Source: Bugula neritina (taxonomy: Eukaryota; Animalia; Bryozoa). From it: a stretch of 64,000 bases of DNA. The translations under genes were made by a program, and so were the position numbers. Below, one piece after another: positions 44,701-56,700 of the stretch (position 1 is its first letter; each line of letters begins with the position of its first letter). The notes beneath the pieces are model-generated. The model did no database searches. It saw only the letters and a list, made by a program, of their open reading frames with translations, and was not told where the DNA came from. The DNA is taken from positions 26,862,628 through 26,926,627 of the forward strand of contig OZ037767.1 in NCBI GenBank assembly GCA_964035545.1, written 5' to 3'.

Positions 44701-47700
44701 CGATCTTGGAGGTCACTGATGGTAGAGTTACTCTCAGTGAGAGACAGGTTCAGGTTCTGGGCTCTTTCCTACAATAGTAGCTTGTAAACTACATGATATC
44801 TTATGTATATTATTATCACTAACACAAAGAAAACACAAACACACAGTCGTATTTATATTATTATTGTCATAATTATCATTATCATTAACACAAAGAAAAC
44901 ACATATCTGCCTTCAGTAATACTTATATTATCATTTATATTACTTCCCAAACAGTTTAATGTTTTACATCAAGTCTGCAATGTATGTATGGCAATTTAGG
45001 ATATTTTTCAACATATTTAGTTGGTAACTAATTTGTGAAATGTAAACAGAAATAAAAGTAGTTGTATTATTACAACATAACATATTTTATTTAAAATGAG
45101 TTGACATTTTTCCATTTAACCTAAAGATATTGAGAATATTGTGGTTAGGTTCATTAGTTCTGAGCACTGGTTATATATTAGATACAACACAGATTTCAAG
45201 GATGTACTGGTACTAGTAATACAACATAGCCTGGTAACTAACACAGGTATATGGGCACGCAGTGTAGCCCACCCACCTTCTGAACAGACTCCTCCTCCTC
45301 AGTCTTAGCCAGGCTGAGGGACAGTCTGTCAACAGTGAGTTGCAGACTCTGGTTCTTTCCCTCCAGATCTTGAACAGTCTTGCAGATGTTCTCAATCCTT
45401 TCTTGTAACACCTGCCGTACATGTCATAATACTTTACCATACAGCGTAGCATATATCTCTATTTTAGTCTATAATACTATGATGTTTGCAGCTTGTAAAT
45501 TGACACATTCATAGGCAATCTGTAATAGCCACCACCATTGTAATACATCTAAAGGTACATGTTATGGTCAAAATCAACATTCTCAAGAGCACAGATATAG
45601 GCCTATATATTAGATGGATAAAACTGATTTAAAACTTAACTGTTGTTAAACACATTTCGTGGGTTTTTTCATATCTTAGACCACAACTCATAATAAGGCA
45701 GCTAGATTACTATGTAAAAATTTATCTCACAGAAGCCAAATGTAACATTTCTAATGAGTGGATTTACTAGTTACACTAATTGATAAAGTAAGAAACTAAC
45801 CATCATCTACTTCAAAATAAGCTTTAGAAACCCAACTAAGTTTGTACAGGATATTATGGTTTCACATAAGTATTACACATACTATAAATGTATATTATAA
45901 GAAGGTCAGACAGCATATAGAAGTGGTAGATGGTTCGATAAAACTCTCACCTGCACTTCCGTCTCTTTGTCAGTCAGCAACACCTTTGTCCTTGAAATGT
46001 CACCTTCCAGAGATCTCTTGACAAGCTCCAGCTTGGTGTTACGAGCCTCAGAGTCATCCAGATTAGCCCTCAGTGCCTTCCTTTCTTCCTCCAGAGCAGC
46101 AAGATCCTAAAGTAGACGACACATCATAAATATTGTGGAGCTATACTTATATATAAATTTACGTGCTAATGTTATATTTTGTATTGTAAACACAACTTGA
46201 ACAGTTATTAAAATACTGACTTGTTTGTACTTGTTGACTCTATCTTGAAGTTGTCCTCTTTCTGAGTTGGCAGCACTCAGGTTTCTCTCCAGGTTGTTAA
46301 TCTTATCTTGCATTTGCTTACGATCTCTCTCATTGCCTGTTATTAGAGAAAGACAGCACGTGTTTAAATGTCATATGTTAGTAGTCACATGACACTATAG
46401 CAACATACTAAAGATACTACAGAAACGCAACGCACACCACAGCTACATGGTGCACATAGTACAGCTACACAGTACACATACTGCCGTCACATAGTACACA
46501 CACTAGATGCAGCACTGACTCACGTCTAATTGTCTCCTCTTGCATGACCAAAGCAGTCTGGGCAGTGGCAAATCTACCATCCAGGCCTCTCTTGTCCTCC
46601 TCAACCTCTACAAGACTTCTCTGAAGGTTAGCAAGTCTCTCTTCAATGCTGCATTTGTCATCAGATGTCTCGGTAAGCTGAGCAGTGAGGTTGCGCACCT
46701 AAAGATTAATAAAACAGAAATATAAGAACTGCTACATTATCTCATTTTCAAGATGTGTTAAATTGGCTGTAGCAGTAAATGCTATTTTTGAAACCACAAA
46801 AGCATATACCAGCAGAACCGAGTCAGCATGAAGCTTACCTGAGCCTGAGCATCGTCTCTTTCTCTTTCGGTGGCAGCCATTTGAGTGACATAATCTCTCA
46901 GAGCCAATCGAACTGCTTCTGGGTCAACTTCTGCAGCTGTAGAAGCTGACTCATCTAAAGCAGCTCTGGATGGAGACAAGGTGCGTCTGAGAGGGGAGGC
47001 AGATCTAGACCGGGTTCTGTCTGGAGATCCTGTACGGGGGATTGGTGAGCCCCTTCCGTCCGTAGTTGTAGCCAATGTAGTTTCAAATCCTAGCAAAAGA
47101 ATAATTTCAAATGAATTAAATCAAAAGTTATAAAAAATATAATGTATAAATACATGAAATATAACATTAGTTACTATTATTGCTCTCAAGCTTAACCGTA
47201 CCTTTAGCAGGAGATTGTGGTCGGCGTTTTGGGCTGACACTACGGGGACGCACATTTCGCCCATCAACAAAGTCTTCTTGTTTGAAGCCAATAGAGCGTC
47301 TCAGGGAGGAGTGGATACTAGCCAGCTTATACTCCATGTCTCTCTTAGTGCCCTCAGTTCTGGCCAACTGGTTCTCTAGAGCCTCAACTCTGCCTTCAGA
47401 ACCATTCAAAGCCAGTTTCAGTTCCTAAAAGTTAAAAGAAACTCTCTCAGAAAATATAACAGTTGATAAAGTGAATTGTTGATCACAAAAACATAGACTC
47501 CTAAATTAATATATGCTCTGTCACTGCATCTATGATAAATGAATCTGCGTCCGAAGTAGTTCTTTCTCTAATAAATAAGTTCTCTATTGCTGAGAGGTTG
47601 AAATATCAGTGAACAAATCAGGATTAAAATTTACAATCTAAATTGTTAGTGATAGAATAAGTAAATAGTATAATATTTACCTGAATTTCCTCATTAGCAT

Positions 47701-50700
47701 TTTCAAACTGAATCTCCAGGTTGCGCTTTGTGTCATCCAGTCTTCGCTCAGATGAACGGCTCTCTTCAAGTGCCATTTTCAAGTCTTTCTCCACAGCACG
47801 AGCTCTGTCTTCAAAGTCAGCCATTCTCCTCTGCTGGTTAGACAACTCCTTCCTCAGTGCCTCTCGTGATGCTTCAGTTTCCACCACCTAAAATAAAAAC
47901 AATTTCTCAACATTAAAAAGGAAGCAAAAACAAGATGGCTTGCTGTGTATGCACTTCTTTAAAACGTATTATTATAGACAACCTAAACATGGAGCTCAAC
48001 AAGCACAAACCATCTAGTAGGTATTTGTTTCTTATGAACCTCACTTGGTTGAATGTTCAACTTACATTAACTGTCTATTGGCAACAATTATTATAAGCTA
48101 GAACTGTGAGCGCTTCAAGTAAGAACATGAGAGTTCTCCTTATACAGCCTCTATCTCATTGCAATATCCCACCTTCTGTTTCAATCCGAAGCTCTCCTTT
48201 CTGCTCTCTTCTTCTCTTTCTTCATCTCTAGCAACTCTGTTCTGCAGGTCATTCACCTCAGAGTTCAGCTTGGTTTTCTCTCCATCCAGCATCTTAATCT
48301 GTCTTCTGAGCTCCTGCAGCTCCCTTCTAGCATCAAGTCTGGCTTTCTCTACTTCTCTCAGGGTGTTCCTCAGCTCAGATGCCTCCTTCTGGATGGCGGA
48401 TTTCTGCTCTTCCAGAACTGAAATAAACAATGTATTTATTATTCTATTTTGCTTACTGCAGAAATTGCAACTTTAATAAAGTTTGATCAAATAAGAAAAG
48501 TAATTCTAGGGATGATATTTGTAAGAACAGATGGAATTTTTCTATTGGCTTTGCATCAAAATTGTTATCTTGTGTGGAAGGTTGAGGTGTTTGTATGTTT
48601 TTTGACATAAATACTGCATGATGAAAAGAGCCTTTTTACCAAGATTATTCTACTGAACCTGTGTACTGTTGTATACTTTTGTTAACTGACATAGGACAAT
48701 AATCAAATATTTTTTTTAAATGATGTTGGAAGCTTTATTCTTATTTTAATATTTGCCAGTTAAGCCATTGAACAGCTACAGAACACAGCAGTTATATAAA
48801 TACCAGCAGACATATATGAGAGCACTTGCTACTTACTGCCAATACCAGCTAATACAGAGGTATAATATGAGAGCACATGCTTATTACTGCCAATACCAGT
48901 TAACACAGACGTATATTAGAGCACACGCTACTTACTGCCAACTCTCTGCTTAAGATCCTGAACATTTCTGCTGAGGTCAACCTTTTCAGCCTCAGTTGCC
49001 TTCACCATGTTCCTCAACTCAGCCGCAGCTCTTTGCACTGCCTCCTTTTCTCTGATCTCATCGTTCAGGTTTCTCTTCAGGTCAAAGATATCCTTAGACA
49101 TCAGTTCCTTGAGCTCTTCAGCTATACAAATATTGAGTAGTACATTGTCATAAGAACTTAACAAATAAATCTGACTAGTCTTGCAAAGTGCTAGCCTAAA
49201 GGTGAACTGGCATCTCATCTCTACAGTTTATGCTTTCATAAATGCTTTCCCTTAAATGCATTCCAGTCATGCAATCAAATCAATTATATAAACCAAGAGA
49301 TTGTCAATTTAGCCAGTTTTAATACAGTAGAAACAATTAACTGGTTATTTAACTGTGTTTCTGTTTCCATTATATCAAATTGACTAAACCTGCATGCATA
49401 CTTTGGCTTAAGGAGCTTCTTTAAATTTTATATAATTCACATCAGCATTGGTTAGAAAGAAAGGCTGTATAGAAATAATTTCAAAATCTCAAATTCTTGT
49501 GAAGATATTGTTTAAAGATTACAGAAGTTGCACATTGCTCTAATGAGTAAGGAGTTGAGATGAAGTAGTCATTCAACTAAATTTTATGTGTGACCATGTA
49601 GCCTGCAGTTGTGACATATTTACCTTCTCTAATCTTCCTGTTAGCCTCAATCAAGTCACGTCTGATAGTGTCTCGAGTCTCCTCAGTCATCTTCAGCTGA
49701 GTCTTGAGTTCTGCGACTTCTCTCAAAGCAGCCTCTCTTTGACGGTTCAAGTCCATGATCTGGTTGTTCAGACTCTTCACTTCAGCCTCGTGGGCGTCCA
49801 CAGTCTCTTCAAACTGTACTCTGAACTTCTTCAGTTCAGACTCCAGACTGCTGATGCTGCAATACGCCAAACACAGAAAGGCTATACTAGAGTCTGAAGA
49901 TGCAATATATACCAGAAAATTCCTTTTTTGCAACTGTCACTAATTGTAATCGACAGAAAAAACGATTAAAGTGGTAAGAAACATGAGCAGGTGAAAGCTA
50001 CAGGAATGCATTGTACCTGGTCTTATCCTGCTCAGATCTGGTAGCAGCCTCCATCTTGGTTCTGTCCAGATCTAGTCTAGTGTCATGGAGTTCGGCAGCG
50101 GTGGATGTTAACTTATCAGTTAGGCTGCTCTTTTCTTGCTCCAAGAGGGAAAGAGCCTACAGCATAGCATAGCATGTACAGAATACGCTCTATTACAGTG
50201 CTTCATGTAGAAATAAAGCTTATGAGAAAGAGATGTGCTGTGAATGTGAGTTGGAGTGGTTGTTAGTACCTGCTGCTTCTCATTCTCAGCAAACATCAGA
50301 CTGTCATCTCTGTCTCGACAGGTGGCTGCAAGTTCTTCTTCCAAGTCACTCTTCTCCTGGCTGAATCTGGCCAACATGTCTTCCTTCTCCATGGCATTTC
50401 TGGCAAGAATGTCATCTCTCTGAGATTCCAGCTCTATTCTTTGTTCATCCTATCAAAACAGCAAAAAATTAATACATGTCAGGCTTTATATTTTTTATTT
50501 CTATCCAGAAAACAAACAATTCAACTTGCAATTTTTGAAACAAAAGGTTATATCTAATAAAATATTGTTGGATTCTCTACAGACATACGAGTATCTTTTA
50601 CCCTGTATGACACTATGACTCACCTTGGCACGGCTCAGTCTCTCCACATCTTCCTCATGAGCAGTCTTCTCATTCTGAAGAGCTTGGGTCAACTCGCTTT

Positions 50701-53700
50701 CAGTCTTAGCGAGTCTCTCCTCCAGTCCATCTCGAGTTCTCTCAAACTTCTCATTCTCACCCTGAATGGTGGCTCGAAGGTTGGCAATTTCAGCTGTAAA
50801 ACATATCATATGTATTTAGTATGGAAACTTTTTTGCAGAAAGTTTTAAAACATAAGTGTATACCTCTACACAGAATGTCAGAGCTTGTAGCAAACTCACT
50901 TTGCAGAGCTTCCTTCTTCAGAATTAGCTCTTGGTTTTCTCCTTCCAGCTGCTCCTTCTTTGTTTCAAGATTTGCGCTAACTTGCTGTTGTTCATACAAA
51001 GCTGAGTCTAGTGAGCTCTTGTCAGACTTGAGGCCAGCAATAACCTGAAAACCAGCATTTTTATGTTATAATATATTGTAGAGTTTGGTATCAGCTAATA
51101 ATATTAACTCAATACAGTGACCCCTCCGTATGTCACTAAGCTGCGGTCCCGAAACCTCAATTTATGACATAGCAGAATATCATCCATGGCATAGTAGAAT
51201 GCAATAACTCATAGATCCATTAAATTTGGCCATTTTGTTCCTATACACACATACATAAGCCACAAAATGGGGGTGTGAGCCCTTTTTGTGACCTATGGAA
51301 TTTTGTGAGATTTGGATCCATTAGCTATGGAGGGAGCACTGTACTATCATAATACGCATCAGTGAAAGGTTCCTCAACTACTTTGTACTATAAGTAACTA
51401 TTGTGAACAAGAGCAGACAATTCATACTTCACTCTGAGATCGGTTTTCTCTCTCAGCAGCCGTCAGGTCGACAATCAGTTGAGCCTTGTCTTTAGTGAGA
51501 GTTTCCTTCTCTTTAGCGATACGCACGCAAGTCTCATTAGTTCTCTCACAGTCACGTCGAGAGTTCACTAGTTCTTCAGCCAATGAGTTCTTTTGTCTTG
51601 TCATCTACAGAATATCAACAGTATGTTACAAACATAACCCTACACATGCTATGCGACAGATCTATGCCGTATATCATGCTTTTATCAGTAAATTAAATTT
51701 GTGTTAGCACCATAAAACCAGGTCCTTCTCAAAACACTGCAACATATATATGGATATGTAGTAGCCATAAGTTCTTACAGCATTGAGGGAGTCGACCACT
51801 TCTGCCTTCTCTTTGCTAAGGTAAGAGATCTCAGTCTTGAGCTGCTCAATGTTGTTCTCAGCAATATCTAGAGTTGTGTTTACTCCAGCCTTCTCAGTCT
51901 CCACCTCCATCTTTTCCTGCTCCACTCTCAGCAGTTCCTCTCGGATACCAATCTTTTCGTTCTCTAGAGCTTGCTTCTCTCCCTGTGATTAATAACGTAT
52001 TGTAAACTAGTGAATAGAAACACATTATTTTGGCAATAATATAACTGATAACTGATATTGTCTAGCTTAGAGAACATGATCTTATACTTATGTATGACTT
52101 AACAAATATTACCTATAAATTTTTAATTGTGTATATGCATATAGATATCTTTAATGTAAGAAATAGAAAAGCACCTAAAATTGTATAGATAGTTTAAAAT
52201 AGGTCTTTAGTAAAAGGAATATTCAACTCAATAGGAACTTATAACATGAGTTGAAGGAACAAACATTTAAATTAATATTAACTCACTTGTAGAGTGGCCT
52301 TCTCTTGCTCTAGGTGCATGAGCAGTCTATTGAGCTCAATCTTGTCTTGCCCAAGACCCTCATTCAGAGCCTGCATTTTAAGAAGGGCGTCTCTAAGACC
52401 AGCCTCTTCAGATCTCAGCTTGTTAATTTCAACCTCTGAAACCATAACAGCTTACATAAAACTTACAGCTAAATAGACAATTTTGTTACAAACTAGGAGT
52501 TAGCAGCTGAATTTAAAGAAATTTAATGGTGAGCATTAATTCTGATATTTCATATTTTTAAGGATTTTTTTATGACTGCAGTGTTGCGCATATACTAGTT
52601 CTAAGGCACAGTGAGCACAACTAACCTAACTCAGCGTTGAGCAGTTCAGCCTTTCTCAGAGCTTCTCCCTGTTCACCCTTCTCTTGCTCCAAACAGTCCT
52701 TATCCAGCAGAGATCTGTTCAGCTGCTCTTTGGTGGCGACCAGCTCTTCTTTCAGCTTCGAGTTACGTCCTTCTATTTGCTCAATCACCTTGTGACTATA
52801 TGGTGAAAAATAAATCATTTACCAGAAGCTTTTTTCTGTGGCTTTCTTTTGGGAAAATATATCTTGTTTTGGAAAATAAATGGTCAAATTATTTCACATG
52901 TTGATAGGCAACACTAGAATTGGACTAATATCACATACACCATATATTTAGAAAAATTAAACAAATAAGCCTATATTTTTATATAACTGCTGCCGCTTTA
53001 GCTTTAGATACTCATCACATCAGATAAAATGTTTACATTACACATCACAATGTTTCGTACCATCTCTGATTCTCTTTGACTTGTCTATCCTTGTCTTTAG
53101 CAACATCATCTTTTTCATCTTCCAGGCTGTCTCTCTGTCTTTGGAGCTCAGTGTTGGCTTGTTTCAGCTTGTCACACTCAGCATTAGCCATGTCAATCTA
53201 CAACCACATGCTTACAGATGTCAACATACAACCACATGCTTATGAATGTCAACCTACAACCACATGCTTATGAATGTACAATATACAATTACATGCTTAT
53301 GAATGTCAATATTTATATACAACTGCATGCCTGTGCAATAATTGCTCCATCAATATATATAACATAATATAATATTACATAGTATAATATAATATAATGC
53401 AATACAATATAATATAATATCATGTAATGCAATATAATACAATATAATGCATTAGCAAAGATTCTAGAAATTACCTGCTCAGTAAGTTGAAGGCGGAGTC
53501 TCTCAAGTTGACCTTTCTCACTTCCAGTAACATTCAGCTGGTTCTTATATCTCTCTCTATCTCGGTCACTAGCATCCTGCTCACGACGTCTGCAAATCAT
53601 TCCAACACAGTATTTTAGATAAGTCATATTTCAGTTTTTAGGAACATACATAAAAGCTAATTACGCAAACCCAAAGATGGAAACACACTCACGCAGCATC

Positions 53701-56700
53701 TATTTCCTGTTTGTATTCGAGCAGTTGGTTTTGAGCTTGTCTTAGCTGGTTCTCCTTGTCATTGAGTTCGTTCTTGGCGAGGTCAGAGCTGTCTCTCAGA
53801 GCAACGAGTTTAGCTCGTAGGTCGCTGACTTGTAGCTGCCGCTTGTTGAGTGCTGCCTGGACAGCAGAGAAAGTGGAGTCAGCAAAAGCAGGAGATCTGG
53901 CTCGGCGATCAGGAGAAGCGGATCTGAAACATAACATAAAGCTAGTTGAATATAACCACCAATAAACAATCAGTAAAACATTAAAAAATGCTCTTGAATG
54001 TTGGTATTTATAAACATTTACTAGAATGTTTATACTTATATTGCACTCTAAAATTAGCCAAAATAATATACTTTGTTTAAAACTTCAGAAAATGTGTGAA
54101 ACCTTCCATGAAAAGCAAATAAATTAAACCAACTGAATATATTTTCAAAAATAAAATAAAAAGTATAAAAGACAGAATTATTAGGGTCACCATTAGCCAC
54201 AATATAATATATTTTAATTAAAGTGATAAATGAAGACAGCAGTATCATGGCCCTTGTTCTTCAAAGGGCTATGTGGATCACATTAAAACTGATAAACACC
54301 ACAGAGATAGCAGAGATAGTAGTGAGAAGATTAGTTGGAGTTACCCTTCGCTGAACTCGGTAAATACACGGCCTCGAGTTGCAGGAGCTGACAGATGACA
54401 TCTGAGCAGCAAATACATTAAATGAGGTTTTTGATCAAATGCATTCAGCACAAAATCTTTAACAAAACTTATTTTATATAAGTAGCTGAGAATATTGAGC
54501 ACCTTTACTGATATTTTCCATTTAGGCAGCAATAACATAAAACATATCAACAGTATACTAACACTTTTATATTATATACATTAGAACATAAGGCTACAAA
54601 ACTGTAATAGTATAACACACCTTCCTCTACTTCGGTTCCGTGGAGATCTTTGCACAGGGCTTGGAGATCGTGCGGTTCTGTAGCTAATGCTTTCATCTTT
54701 CTCATCTTCCACTTTACTGATGTCAGCATCATTGATAACAGCTTGAGCAATGTCACTGTCAACAACATAATAATATGCAACACAATATTTATCACGCGCT
54801 ACAAACAAAAAACAATATGTTTAACTTTGGGAGAGCAGCTGTTGACGCATGAAGAGAAGTTCTTGAAACTTATATATAAAGGTTACATAACACAAAACTA
54901 TCCCCAATGATTTCTACATACCGTAGTGCAGCATGTAGATCTTCGGTCTCTTCTCTCAGTGCTTTGGCAGTCTCGTTCTCAGTCTGATCAGCCAGCTGTC
55001 TGCTTTCCAGAGAAGAGATGTTACGCTGCAGAGCTTGTACAGTTTTCTCTTTCTCAATCAGCTGAATCTTCATCCTCTCATTAGTCACAGTCAGCTCGCT
55101 GACTCTGTATTATACATGGTGCATGATATATTTGATGTATAATATATTATGATGCTCAATATATTTTATGATGTATAATATATGATGTATAATATGTATA
55201 GTATATAATAGCACTAAAGAAAACTACAAACATGCACGCATGTAGTTAACAACAACTTTAAACATGTGACATGTGACATGACACATGCACGTGTGACATG
55301 TCACACGTGCATGTGTCATGTCATTTTAGGCTTGCAAGTGCTCGATATAAAAATATTTTGTTTGTGAATATACAATGTGCTATTGGCAAGCAGTTTTCTC
55401 AGAACACTGCAGCACTCCTAAGACGGTTTTTTCTCATCATACAGAAAGCATTTTTTATAGAATTGAATCAAGAATGGCAATACATCACAATATAAGAACA
55501 CAGGCTTGATATATGTTGTATATATATATCTAAAGTATGCCAGTGTGTTTTATAAGACTTTGCAAGGCGAAGGACATTGGGGTAGCTAAAGAATAGCTAC
55601 CTGGCAGAGAACTCTGCTGCCTGACTTTCCAGTTTAGCCTGCTGTTCTATTGTCTCTCTTGTCTTCTCTCTCAACATAGCCTCCATACCAGCTGATGTGC
55701 TTCCAATCCCCACAGGGGAGGACTGATAGGTCTACAATACAAGTATTCATTCATACACACATAAAGAAGGCAACTCTAAGTACAAGTTTTCATATAATAA
55801 TATTATGATATGATTCATAGAGTATGCCTACTGTACCTTCTCCTGTGCAACGGTGGACCTAGCCTCAGCTGACCTCTGGTTGGCATTGAGATTGAGACAA
55901 GCAGAGTGCATGCTACGGTGGACTCGGCTAAGGTCAGCTCTTACATGCGAAAGGTCACGCTCGGTTGCTGATTTCATTTCAGAAAACTGGCGTCGGAAGG
56001 AGACAACAGCTCTCCATAGAGACAGAAGTCTGGAATGTTCTGCAGAGAAGTATTCATTGAACGACTGCTCCTACAATTGAGAAGATGCAATTAGTCATTG
56101 AGTGCTCAGCACTTACTTGCTGTGGCTTATAATACTAAAGCTATGCCATTTCTCTACATTAGAAAACGAACAGTACCAAATACCGGGCCATATAATAATC
56201 ATCAATAATAAGGAAGACAATGAAACTCAATACCTTTTCACAATAATATTGATTAGTTGAAGTAAATTATGAGTATATATTCTAGGCAGTGATGTGTGAT
56301 TACTTAACACCAATGAAGTATTGATCACATTTCACTATGATAGTAGAATTGTAAAGTGCCATCTACTATATTTCAAAGGAGCATAAGACAAACTGTCAAG
56401 CTACGTGTTGACAAGTGTCAATGACAACCAAAGCTATGTAGACTTACAATCAAAGTTGATTTTTTGACAGGTGAGTCAATGTGCCCTTAGTGTAAATGCA
56501 GCTACAACACAGCTAATGGATATTAAAGAGTACAGATACGTACCTCCTCTCTCCATTCAGATTCCTTAGCATCCAGTTCTTCTCTTGCTCGCTGCCAGTC
56601 GGCTGTCAGACGGTGGATGTCAGCAGTAAGGCTCTGATTGGCTGAAGTAGCTTGATCCAACTGTTCTCTCAGCATGGAGTTGACATGAGCGAGAGAGGCG

